Source: Octopus sinensis
Lineage: Eukaryota
Reading direction: 5' to 3'
Length of the DNA: 64,000 nucleotides
Assembly: GCF_006345805.1 (NCBI RefSeq)
Contig: NC_043010.1
Location: 12,958,001-13,022,000 of the forward strand
How positions within the stretch are numbered: the stretch's first letter is position 1; every line of letters starts with the position of its first letter. Below, piece after piece: positions 39,274-51,747 of this stretch. The notes under the pieces were generated by a model. The model was not told the DNA's origin and did not search any database. It saw only the letters and a program-made list of their open reading frames with translations. Position numbers and translations under genes: made by a program.

Positions 39274-39653
39274 GCACTCCGTCGGTTACGACGACGAGGG
39301 TTCCGGTTGATCCGAATCAACGGAAAAGCCTGCTCGTGAAATTAACGTGTAAGTGGCTGAGCACTCCACAGACACATGCACCCTTAACGTAGTTCTCGGG
39401 GATATTCAGCATGACACAGAGAGTGACAAGGCCAGCCCTTTGAGATACAGGTACAACAGAAACAGGAAGTAAGAGTGAGAGAAAGTTGTGGTGAAAGAGT
39501 ATAGCAGGGATCACCACCATCCCCTGCCGGAGCCTCGTGGGGCTTTTAGGTGTTTTCGCTCAATAAACACTCACAACGCCCGGTCTGGGAATCGAAACTG
39601 CGATCCTATGACCCCGAGTCCGCTGCCCTAACCACTGGGCCATTGCGCCTCCA
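39274..39653 (-). mobile_element. SINE family B, full length
   Basis: Reverse complement of the 2026-2408 family. Confidence 0.9.
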
Positions 39654-39664
39654 CTAGTTATAAT

Positions 39665-40040
39665 ATACATCAGCCGGTGGCACGTTAAGCACGCCATTCG
39701 AGGGTGATCGTTACTGCGTCGCCTTACTAGCACTTGTGCTAGTGGCACGTGAAACATTCAAGCGAGGACGTCGCCAGAGCTGCTGGACTGGCTCCTGTGC
39801 AGGTGGCACATAAAAAGCACCATTTGGACGTGGCCGTTGCCAGTACCACCAAACTGGCCCTCGTGCCGGTAGCACATAAAAGCACCCACTACACTCTCGG
39901 AGTGGTTGGCGTTAGGAAGGGCATCCAGCTGTAGAAACTCTACCAGATCAGATTGGAGTCTGGTTCGCCAGACCTCAGTCAAATTGTCCAACCCATGCTA
40001 GCATGAAAAGCGGACGTTAAATGATGATGATGATGATGAT
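39665..40040 (+). mobile_element. Family D element
   Basis: Family D block, (GAT)n tail. Confidence 0.85.
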
Positions 40041-40054
40041 CAGCCATCTTGTGC

Positions 40055-40422
40055 ACCAACCACATAGTACATTAATTCTATTGTACAACATTCATCCTGT
40101 ATGTCCACCATACTGTACACCAACCATACTGTATGTCAACCACACAGACATCAACTATTCTGTATACCAGCCATACTGTACTCTAACCATATTGCACATC
40201 AACTAACCATATTGTACATCAACTAACCATATTGTACACTAATTATACTATACATCAACTATGCTATACAGCAACCATACTATACATAAACTATTCTTTA
40301 CACTTATCATGTTGTACACCAGAAATAATGTACAATGGCCACATTGTATACCAATCATAGTGTACTACATTTATATCAAATGCTAGCAATAATATACATC
40401 AGCCATACTGTATACATCAACT
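40055..40422 (+). repeat. Degenerate ~20-bp minisatellite (ccatactgtacaccaa-like), continuing 39180-39270
   Basis: Recurrent ccatattgtacatcaactaa motifs; interrupted by B and D insertions. Confidence 0.6.
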
Positions 40423-40424
40423 AT

Positions 40425-40823
40425 AGGAGTGGCTGTGTGGTAAGTAGCTTGCTTACCAACCACATGGTTCTGGGTTCAGTCCTACTGCATGGCACCTTGG
40501 GCAAGTGTCTCCTTCTATGGCCTCAGGCCGACCAAAGCCTTGTGAGAGGATTTGGTAGACGGAAACTGAAAGAAGCCCATCATATATATGTGTATATATA
40601 TATATGTATGTATGTGTGTGTTTGTCCCCCTAGCATCGCTTGACAACCGATGTTGGTGTGTTTACGTCCCCGTAACTCAGCAGTTCGGCAAAAGAGACCG
40701 ATAGAATAAGTACTAGGCTTACAAAGAATAAGTCCTGGGGTCAGTTTGCTCGTCTAAAGGCGGTGCTCCAGCATGGCCACATTCAAATGACTGAAACAAG
40801 TAAAAGAGAAAGAGTAAAAGAGT
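40425..40823 (+). mobile_element. SINE family A, full length
   Basis: Family A motifs. Confidence 0.9.
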
Positions 40824-41086
40824 AACTAGCATACACCACTGAAATTGAACATCAGCCAATGAAAAAACTAGTCATGCAGTATGCAATCTATGCTGTATGC
40901 CAGACATTCTGTACTCTAACCACAGTGTACACCAACAAGAATATGTAACAGTGCTGTGAACAGTAGCAATATTATATCACTGCATATTTTATATCAGCCA
41001 TTCAAAATAGCTTTCACATGTCATATCAGACACCATTCATATAATTTCGGCTTTACTACATATATTATTCAGGCGCTGTTAATACC

Positions 41087-41866
41087 TATTTCTTTACTAC
41101 CCCACAAGGGGCTAAACCTAGAGGGGACAAACAAGGACAGACAAAGGGATTAAGTCGATTATATCGACCCCAGTGCGTAACCGGTACTTATTTAATCGAC
41201 CCCGAAAGGATGAAAGGCAAAGTCAACCTCGGCGGAATTTGAACTCAGAACGTAACGGCAAACGAAATACCTATTTCTTTACTACTCACAAGGGGCTAAA
41301 CATAGAGGGGACAAACAAGGACAAACAAAGGGATTAAGTCGATTATATCGACCCCAGTGCGTAACCGGTACTTATTTAATCGACCCCGAAAGGATGAAAG
41401 GCAAAGTCAACCTCGGCGGAATTTGAACTCAGAACGTAACGGCAAACGAAATACCTATTTCTTTACTACTCACAAGGGGCTAAACATAGAGGGGACAAAC
41501 AAGGACAAACAAAGGGATTAAGTCGATTATATCGACCCCAGTGCGTAACTGGTACTTAATTTATCGACCCCGAAAGGATGAAAGGCAAAGTCGACCTCGG
41601 CAGAATTTGAACTCGGAACATAGCGGCAGACGAAATACCTATTTCTTTACTACCCACAAGGGGCTAAACACAGAGGGGACAAACAAGGACAGACAAAGGG
41701 ATTAAGTCGATTATATCGACCCCAGTGCATAACTGGTACTTATTTAATCGACCCCGAAGGATGAAAGGCAAAGTCGACCTCGGCGAAATTTGAACTCAGA
41801 ACGTAACAGCAGACGAAATACTGCTAAGAATTTCGCCCGGCATGCTAACGGTTCTGCCAGCTCACC
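41087..41866 (-). mobile_element. SINE family C (C1): one head plus four ~184-bp units
   Basis: Unit boundaries 41087, 41272, 41456, 41640; TSD gctgttaatacc/gctgtttatacc. Confidence 0.9.
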
Positions 41867-43410
41867 GCTGTTTATACCAATTGTTTCCCTGGGTTGGAGT
41901 CTTTGCACTTAACAACGATTTGTAGATAGTATCAAGTAGGTGTTTTGAAGAAGTACAACATAGAAAGAATTTTGGCATTAGGAAGGGCATCCAGCTGTAG
42001 AAACACTGCCAGATCAGACTGGTGCCTGGTGCAGCCTCCTGGCTTCCCAGACCCCGGTTTAAATCGTCCAACCCATGCTAGCATGGAAAACGGACGTTAA
42101 ACGATGATGATGATGATGAATAAAGTTTACATTTGGCAGAGTAATTTGAATACTAAAGGGTCAAGACAATACATTTTAATAAATAGTCTTCTGCAACTAA
42201 GACTTAATATTTTTGGAAAGGAGAAGCAAGTGGTCACATGAATTGATAAGTAACAACAAAACTGGTTGATTTCAGTGTTTGAAACTGGTTGCAAAATAAG
42301 CCTGCATGGGGCTTTATTCCACAATGGGTCTAAAGAAATATACATGTGATGGATGCTGTTTATGATTATAATGATATACAACCTGCAGCATGGAAATGCA
42401 TTTACTCAGTCGGCAATGCCTGTAAGGCAAGCAAACGACATCTTTGTACAGGGCATGATTTATAAGCACTCTTGCTGCTCAAATTGCAACCAAATCTCCT
42501 GAACCCCTGCCAAATGTTTTGCCATTAACTTTGAAGAATTCTCCTGTCTGCCATTCCTTAATCAAGACGTTTCCGAACCTAACACACTTCCTGAAAATGT
42601 CATCTCATTTGTGGCTCGTCTTTCTTCAATTTCCTCATCCTACTCTTTACTCTTTACTCTTTTACTACCAAATCCACTCACAAGACAATGGTCAGCCTGA
42701 GGCTATAGTAGAAGACACTTGCCCAAGGTGCCATGCAGTGGGACTGTGAACCCGGAACCATGTGGCTGGTTAGCAAGCTACTTACAACACAGCCACACCT
42801 GCACCTAGTATATGTTACATTACTATGTTATATCGGTTTCATATTTTGACATTTGGCCCTTCAATCTTCAAGGAGTGGATCAGCCTTACATCAGCCCCAG
42901 TGCTCAACTAGTACTTATTTTATCGACCTTGAAAGGATGAATGACAAAATCAAACTTAGCAGAATTTGAACCCAGAACCTAAAGACGGTCAAATGTCAGC
43001 ATTTTGCTTGGCATGCCAATGATTCTGCCAGCTCGCCACCTTATATTATTATGTTATATTGGTCACAAATTTTGGCATATGGCTGGCTTATCAGGGGAGA
43101 GGTAAGTTGATTACATTGATCCCACTGCTCAAGTGATGCCTATTTTATTGACCCATAAAGATGGAAGGCAATTTCGATCTCAATGGAATTTGAAGTCAGA
43201 ACATAAAAACAGTCAAAATGTCACTAAGCATTTAGCCCGGTCTGCTGACAATTCTGCTAGCTTGCCACTTTGTATTACTATTTTATATTACATAGCCACT
43301 GCCCATTCAAAGTACCTTGGATTCCAGAGCATCCTGCTGTGCTTGAGGAGACCTGTTGAGTCAAGTACATGAACATCGAAATAAATATCAATGGAAATAG
43401 TAGTTGTGAT

Positions 43411-43872
43411 ACCCGTGCCAGTGGCACATAAAAAGCACCATCCGAACGTAGCCGTTGCCAGTGCCGCCTCGACTGGCTTCTGTGCCGGTGGCACATAAAA
43501 AGCACCATCCGAACGTGGCCGATGCCAGCGCTGCCTCGACTGGCTCCAGTGCCGGTGGCACATAAAAAGCACCATCCGAACATGGCCGATGCCAGAGCCG
43601 CATTGGCTGGCTTCCGTGCCGGTGGCACGTTAAAAGCACCAACCGATTGTGGCCGATGCCGGGCCCCCTGGCACCTGTGCCGGTGGCACATAAAAAGCAC
43701 CCACTACACTCTTGAAGTGGTTGGCGTTAGGAAGGGCATCCAGCTGTAGAAACACTGCCACATCAGACTGGAGCCTGGTGCAGCCCCTGGCTTCCCAGAC
43801 CCCGGTTGAACCGTCCAACCCATGCTAGCATGGAAAACGAACGTTAAATGATGATGATGATGATGATGATGA
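43411..43872 (+). mobile_element. Family D element with 67-bp minisatellite 5' part
   Basis: Units start at 43415, 43482, 43549, 43616 and 43677, each opening with GTGCC-GGT-GGCAC. Confidence 0.88.
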
Positions 43873-44509
43873 TTACCAATCATTTTGTCAACAGTCTATA
43901 TTATCTTATAATAATTAAACAGTGTACCACTGAAGCATAAATTCCTCATCTCGGCGAGCTGGCGGACACGTTAGCACACTGGGCGAAATGTTTAGCAGTA
44001 TTTCATGTTCTGAGTTCAAATTCCACTGAGGTCGACTTTGCCTTTCATCCTTTCGTGGTCGATAAATAAAGTACCAGTTTCGCACTGGGGTCGATGTAAT
44101 CGACTTAATCCCTTTGTCTGTCCCCTCTATGTTTAGCCCCTTGTGGGCAATACAGAAATATATATGTATATATCAATATTTATATCTCATCATCACCATT
44201 ATCATCATTGTCGTCGTCATTTAACGTCCATTTCCATGCTGGCATAGGTTGGACAGTTTGACAAGAGCTGGCAATGTTGAGAGCCACACCAAGCTTCATT
44301 GTCTGTTTTAGCATGATTTCTACAGCTTGATGCCCTTCCTAATACTAACCCCTTTACAGAATGTACTGAGTGCTTTTTACATGATACCAGCCCCACTGCT
44401 TTTTATGTGGCCATCACCAACAGAGTTGCCAAAAAGTAGTGTTTTTACTTTATCCTTTTGAAAAGAAACTTAAATTTATTTTTTCATGTACCATATTTGA
44501 TGGTACATA

Positions 44510-44727
44510 GTCAGGGTTAGAATTTTACAAACCATATTCTTAGCAATCTGTATTGTGCTGTTTATTACAAAAGGGAAAAATTCTTCATTTTGATATCTTC
44601 TGTTAACCTGCTGATTTCAGCAAATGAGTTACTTTCAAAATGCCATCACTAGAACAAGTTGATCCTTAAGACGTTGCATTCTTTCTACAGGTTAATTCAC
44701 TGCAATTTTATACATGGAATTTTCTTT
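44510..44727 (+). repeat. ~216-bp unique-sequence direct duplication, copy 1
   Basis: About 96-97% identical to 46582-46798. Confidence 0.92.
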
Positions 44728-44959
44728 CCAAAAGTTTCTCAAAAATCACCCCATGTTTTATATGCAATGTTTGGCTTATGTATATTACATGCTTTAATGT
44801 GTTAAAACCTTTTTTTTTTAATATGTGCTGCTGAAATTAGGGTGCATCTAAATTGCCCTGAGCATCTTTTATTATGCCATCCAATTGACAATTAACAAGT
44901 CCCTTAACCCTTTCAGGGTGGCCATTGGTGCACTGCTGCCATGCGGTGTATCTAGGGTG

Positions 44960-45437
44960 AGAAAGCCTGATGGAGCCCATCCCTCTCCGGGCTAAACTCA
45001 TTTCTACAGCTGACTGAACTGAAGCAATGAAGTGAAATGAAGGGCTTTGCTCAAGAACACAACCGATTACTCAGTCTGGAGATCAAAATCACGATCTCAC
45101 AGTCATGAACCCAACACCCTAACCACTAAGCAACGTTCCTTTATTAGTGGGACTCATTTCTACAGCTGAGTGGACTGGAGCAGTGTGAAGTGAAGCGTTT
45201 TGCTCAAGAACACAATGCATCGCCCAGTCCAGGAATTGAAACCACAATCTTAGATTCATGAGTCCAACACCCTAACTACTAAGCGACTTAGTGGAACTCA
45301 TTTCTACAGCTGAGTGGACTGGAGCAGTATGAAGTGAAGCGTTTTGCTCAAGAACACAATGTATTGCCCAGTCCAGGAATTGAAACCACAATCTTACATT
45401 CATGAGTCCAACACTCTAACCACTAAGCCACGTGCCT
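44960..45437 (-). mobile_element. SINE family E head+core trimer
   Basis: Three ~145-bp copies of ctcatttctacagctgagtggactggagc..ccctaaccactaagc. Confidence 0.8.
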
Positions 45438-45479
45438 CCACATGCCATCAAATACAGTATATATTATCTTTTCATCTTT

Positions 45480-45887
45480 TAACTTTTTACTTGTTTCAGT
45501 CAACAGACCACAGCCATGCTGGAGCACTGTCTTGAAGAATTATTTAGTCAAAAGAATCAACCTTGGTACTTATTCTTTAGGTCTGGTACTTATTCTATCA
45601 GTTTCTTTTGCCGAACCACTAAGTTATGGGAACCTAAACACACTGACACTGGTTGTCAAGCAGTGGTGTGGGACAAACAGATTCATAAGAGGACGACACA
45701 CACACACACGCACTCTCACAAACACACACACACGATAGGCTTCTTTCAGTTTCCATCCACCAAATCCACTTGCAAGCCATCATCAGCCTGAAGACATAAA
45801 AGATGACACACGCCCAAGGTGCCACACAGTGGGACAGAGCCCAGATCCATGTGGTTGGGAAGCAAGCTTCTTACCACACAGCCACAC
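45480..45887 (-). mobile_element. SINE family A, diverged
   Basis: Family A motifs. Confidence 0.8.
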
Positions 45888-46581
45888 AGAGTAAATTCAA
45901 TATCAATAATATTTGTCGTCTCTAAATTTCTTCTTCGTTGTCAATGAAAGGACCATGTATTTACTCGACAAGTAAAAACTTTAGACAATGTTTCGTTATG
46001 TATTTACTGTGCAGATAAAAAGCATGACAATTGAATTTATTGAGGATGTATTTGTCATCATGTATTCACCAGTGATTAAGTTCTATTGCCATATAATAAT
46101 TAGCAATTGAATTACCAACTGATGAAATTATAAGCTATGTATTAACTGTGATATAAGTACCTGCAATGAATATACTTGCATATAATTTACCAGATATGTG
46201 ATTTTCTTTGTTTCTATTTTATGGTTGAATAAGTAATGATAGGACAAGTATCCAGTAGTATGAATAATTACTCTGACACAAAATGTTGCCTTATTCATAC
46301 TAGCACTGAAGGTTTTGGAATGAACAAAAGAAACTCAAACAGTTTTATCCATCATCTAATTAACCTCAAGGTAACTTTGCCAACATTAACTCAGCAAGGT
46401 GTTTATGTTCCATGTAAGGGAAGTTAGAAGGCTAAAGTGTATGATTTGATATGTTTAACCAAACTTACTTTTAAGAACAGATATAAACTTTTTATACATT
46501 CAGAAAATAAGGAACATCATCTCTTTCTTACTGTATATATGGCAACTAAAAGATCACAAATTTTAATTGCTATGGTCTAAT

Positions 46582-46798
46582 GTCAGGGTTAGAATTTAAC
46601 AAACCATATTCTTAGCAATCTGTATTGTGCTGTTTATTACAAAAGGGAAAAATTCTTCATTATGATATCTTCCGTTAACCTGCTGATTTCAGCAAATGAG
46701 TTACTTTCAAAATGCCATCACTAGAACAAATTCATCCTTAAGACATTGCATTCTTTCTACAGGTTGATTCACTGCAATTTTATACATGGAATTTCTTT
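46582..46798 (+). repeat. ~216-bp direct duplication, copy 2
   Basis: See 44510-44727; offset 2072 bp. Confidence 0.92.
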
Positions 46799-47829
46799 GA
46801 AATTCTTTGACTTTCTAAAAATTTCCCTAAAGTTTAATAAATATCCCATGAATGTAACCCTTATTTTTCAGCCAAAGGTTTGCAAGTAACTAAATGTTGA
46901 CCATAGATATTTCATAGAAAACTGAAAGCTACTTGTAAATCCTCTCTGTCTCCCTTTGTCTTTTTCTCATTATTGATCAAGGAACTTGAATCTGTTTACT
47001 AAATCTTGCGACTGTATCTTCTATATTTTACTGCATTTTGACTATATTTTACTTCATTGATTTTTTTCTCTTGTTCTAAATAAAACATCTTTGTCATTCT
47101 CTTCTACTTCCTTTCTTTTTTCTGTCATTTCTTTACATTACTTTCTTTCTGTTTCTATATTCTATAAACCCTTCTTCTTCCCAACTCCTTTCTCTCAAGC
47201 CACAGCTAATTTTTGCTCAAATCTATTCTTCTGAAGAATGAAACCCATCAGAAATATGACACCTTTCCTCATAACTAAGAAATAATCATATATTTGTCTG
47301 TAAAATGCTGTATGCCTTTTGACTTTATTTTAATAGCATTCTATTGTATTTTAGAGCTTTTTAAAAATTAAAGTGAATGATTAATTGCTTTTTCTGTGGT
47401 GTCATTTATGTTTCTTTCTACTTCAGTAAATCTACTTTTTCCCCTTTATTATCTAAAGCTCCTTTTCTCTTCATCTCATCCTCTCTCTCCACACATTCAG
47501 TTATCTTATCATAAACCTTATTATGTATAATTTATCTTCTCTAATAGATATAACCCAACCCGTCTACTTCTTACTTCTTCTTGTTCATCTTAATATGACC
47601 CCAAATTCATGTATTACCCTCTCTTTTACTGATTCTTTCTATGAACATTTAGTTGTCTTACTCATTTTATTTGTTTTCACACTCCCCTGTAATAAACACA
47701 ACCTTTCTCCATAAATCTTATTGTATTCAATAGTAAACTGCAACAGACCAAACATGTGGAGACATGTTACTCAATGAATGCAACTCAAAATATATGTATT
47801 GAGTGTTACTTCCATTCATTTGTTCATAC

Positions 47830-49350
47830 AACTACAGAGGTATTAAGCTGCTAGACTAAATCATGAAAGTTACTGAGAGGATTATAGCTCAATTGATGAG
47901 GAACAGAATTAAATTAGATGAGATGCAGTTTGGTTTTGTACCTGGGAAGAGTACCACAGATGCCATCTTCCTAGTGAGACAGCTGCAGGAAAAGTACTTG
48001 GCCAAAAGTAAGCTATTGTACTTAGCCTTTGTTGACCAGGAGAAAGTTTTCAACAGAGGACCCAGCTCTGTTATATGGTGGTCTCTAAAGAAGTTAGGTG
48101 TAGAAGAGTGGCCTGTTAGAGTTGTACAAGCCTTATACAGTGGTACTGTCAGTAAGGTGAGGGTCGGCCACAAATACACTGAGGAATGTAGCATATAAGT
48201 TGGGGCTCACCAAGGTGCCACGCAGTGGGACTGAACCTGGAACCATGTGGTTCGTAAGCTACTTATCCCACAGCCACTCCTACGCCTATGCAACGTTTAG
48301 TTTCCTGGTATCTTGTGGAGAGTAGGATTTCATCATCATTATCATCATCATCGTTCTCACTCTTATTCATTATAGTCCCCCAGGCCATAACAGAAGAAAT
48401 CAAAACTTGATGCCTATATGTTGATGATCTTGCCCTTATTGCAAAATTTTTAGCAGAATTAGTGAAGTTCCAGGTATGGAAACAAAACCTGGAATCAAAG
48501 GGCCTTAAAGTTAACCTAGCTAAGACTAAAAATTGTTGTTAGTAAGAAAGCAGATAAAACACTCTGTCCTTCAGGAAAATGGCCCTGGTCAACATGTAGG
48601 AAATGAGTTGGAAGAAATTCTATTCGTTGCACCCAGTGTAAACTTTGGACACATAAGAGGTGCAGTGGAATCACAGGTAGATTAACAGAGAAAGTCATCT
48701 TTGTGCAGGAACAATAAACATTAAGAGTACATGAGACTTAGATTCTCCAAAATGCTCAGAAGTTCTTTTGATGTTGCAGATAGTTTCTGTTACCTAGGTG
48801 ACCACATTAGTAATGGTGGAGGATGTTCTGAAAGTATTGTTTCTAGAATAAGAATATGGTGGAGGAAGTTCAGAGAGCTATTACCTCTGTTGGCAACAAA
48901 AGGACTCTCTCTCTCAGAGTGTAAGGTAGACTGTGCGATGTTTGTGTGCAAACGGCTACACTCCATGGTAGTGAGACATGGGCTCTGAATGCAGAAGACA
49001 TGCATAGACTGGAGAGAAATGAAGGCAGTATGCTCCATTGGATGTGCAGCATCAGTGTGCATGTATGACAAAGTGCAAATGTATTGAAAGAAAAGTTGGG
49101 CATAAGAGGAATCAAATGTAGCATGCAAGAAAGAAGACTACTTTGGTTTGGACATGTGATACATATGAATGAGGACAGCTGCATAAAGAAGTGCCAATCA
49201 CTGAAAGTGGATGGTACCCATGGAAAAGGGAGACCCAGAAAGACATGGGGTGAAGTGGTAAGGACCGATCTCAAGATGATGGGCTCATGGAGGAAATGAC
49301 AATGGACTGGGATGTCTGGCAATATGAGGTTCTTGAGAAGACCTGCCCAC
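47830..49350 (+). pseudogene. 5'-truncated, frameshifted RTE-clade LINE (RT and C-terminal region)
   Basis: NYRGIKLL..KV.ERII, QFGFVPGKSTTDAIFLVRQLQEKY..LAFVD.EK, (Y)VDD, RRLLWFGHV..GKGRPRKTW motifs. Confidence 0.92.
48216..48350 (-). other. Inverted templated insertion interrupting the RTE RT at HQG|SVL
   Basis: Reverse complement of ~49969-50138 including a unique ~45-bp spacer; microhomologies ccaagg and tcgtt. Confidence 0.75.
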
Positions 49351-49814
49351 ATCAGCAAAACTGAGTTCTAGAAGCGCTTGGTCCCAACCACAGATAACAA
49401 GAAAATTTCTCACACACCCTACCACAATGAACCAAACTACATCTCAACATCTCTCCTCTTTCACACATTTCCACTTCATGCACTGTGTTTACCTCTCACT
49501 CCCCAATCCTGTCCTCTTGGCCCTGTCTCACTGTATCATTTCTATCCACTGGCCCCGATTTGTGTGTTCAACCCACAGGTAACAAGAAAAATTTTCACAC
49601 ACCCTATCCCGACAATCCAATCTACATCTCTTCTCTTCCTCACATTTCCTCTTTCATACACTATGCCTACCTCTCACCCCCTAATCCTGTCCTCACAGCC
49701 CTGTTTCTCTGCATCATTGCTATCCAAAAGAATGTATGTGTCGAAAACAGCAACTATACTTAGCTTGACGTGTCTTAAACACACACATACAATTACCACA
49801 TAACACTAAAAAAA

Positions 49815-49993
49815 AAGCACCCACTACACTCTCGGAGTGGTTGGCGTTAGGAAGGGCATCCAGCTGTAGAAACTCTGCCAGATCAAGATTGAAGCCTGGT
49901 GCAGCCATCTGGCTTGCCAGCCCTCAGTCAAAATCGTCCAACCCATGCTAGCATGGAAAGCGGACGTTAAAAGATGATAATGATAATGATGAT
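49815..49993 (+). mobile_element. Family D 3' portion
   Basis: Family D block and (GAT)n tail. Confidence 0.88.
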
Positions 49994-50061
49994 GAAATCC
50001 TACTCTCCACAAGACATCAGAAAACTAAATGCTGCATAGGTATAGGAGTGGCTCATACGCA

Positions 50062-50472
50062 TAGGAGTGGCTGTGTGGTAAGTAGCTTGCTTATGAACCA
50101 CATGGTTCTGGGTTCAGTCCAACTGCATGGCACCTTGGGCAAGTGTCTTCTACTCTAGCCTCGGGCCGACCAATGCCTTGTGAGTGGATTTGGTAGACGG
50201 AAACTGAAAGAAGCCTGTCGTATATATGTGTATATATATATATATATATGCATGTGCGTGTTTGTGTTTCTGTGTTTGTCCCCCCAACATCGCTTGACAA
50301 CCGACGCTGGTGTGTTTACGTCCCCGTAACTTAGCGGTTCGGCAAAAAAGAGACCAATAAAATAAGCACTAGGCTTACAAAGAATAAGTCCTGGGGTCGA
50401 TTTGGTCGACTAAAGGCGGTGCTCCAGCATGGCCACAGTCACATGACTGAAACAAGTAAAAGAGTAAAAAGA
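50062..50472 (+). mobile_element. SINE family A, full length
   Basis: Family A motifs. Confidence 0.9.
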
Positions 50473-50804
50473 GTATATAAGATTAAAACACTTCGGCCAA
50501 GGTGTCGCTCACTGGAATTGAACCTGGGAACCATATCACTGTGAAGCAATCTTGTAAATCATGCAAGCATGACTTTACCTGTTCATGTAGTTCTCTATTC
50601 TGATGATAGACAGTAGTCACTGCTGACATTAGCAGAATTGAAATCTCTTCTATTCGCAATATTTTTAGATTACCTTCAGGCAGGGTTACATGCCAACATC
50701 GTAAAATCAAATTTAACTTGCCTCTTCACTACAGACATTTTCCAACTAACATTTGCTGACATCTCTTCTCTGTTTTGGACTCTCTGCTGTTAGGCAGATA
50801 TTTG

Positions 50805-51292
50805 CCATCATTGTCATCGTCATCGTCATCACCAGCAGCAGCGGCAGCATCAGCAGCAGCACCATCATCATCATCATCGTTGTTGTTGTTATTATCATCG
50901 TCGTCGTCATCATTGTCACCATCTTCATCATCATTCCCCGTTGTCGTCATCATTGTCATCACCATCATCATCATCATCATCATTGTTGTTGCTGTTATTA
51001 TCATCGTCATCGTCATCATCATCATTGTCACCAACTTCATCATCATTCCCCGCTGTCATCATCATTGTCATCACCATCACCATCATCATCATCATCATCA
51101 TTGTCACCATCTTCATCACTGTCATTCCTGTCATCATCACTATCATCATCATCATCAATACTACCATCATCGCCATCATCATCCTCACCTTCTTCTTCTT
51201 CATCATCTTCTTCTTCTTCCTCTTCTTTTTCTTCATCTCCTCCTTCTTCATAACAACTGCTGCCACCACCACCACCACCATCACCATCACCA
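50805..51292. repeat. (CAT/CGT/CTT/CAC)n tract with higher-order duplication
   Basis: cattgtcacc..cttcatcatcattccccg unit recurs. Confidence 0.93.
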
Positions 51293-51747
51293 CTAGCACA
51301 ACCATTTTCTTTTACATGCTATTGACTATGTTAACCGTTGTGTTTTCCGTTTCTCAAGACAGGTTTAGTTGTTGGTTTTTTTTTGTCTTTTAGTTTTTTC
51401 ATTGTTCTTTTTTCTTTCTGCTAGCAAGACAAACAAATGCAAAGAGGCTGTTTCGTTGAGTGGAAGTCATTGTGCTTACAAGTTTAGATGTCCTCACCAG
51501 AACCTCGATAAAACAACAAATATACTCTCCAAACAGAGGAGATGATAGTTTGATAGCTGATTTACCTGATCTTCAAAAACGAGAGCAGATTTTTTTCATG
51601 AAAGACATCCCTGATATGCAACGCTGGGTTAACCATTAAACAAAAGAAGCACATGCTTAGAGCATCAATAGTGGTGGGGGGGGGGCACCCACAGAAATGG
51701 TAAATGGTTTATAGCACAAATGAAATCACTTCAAACTTGCTAAAATC

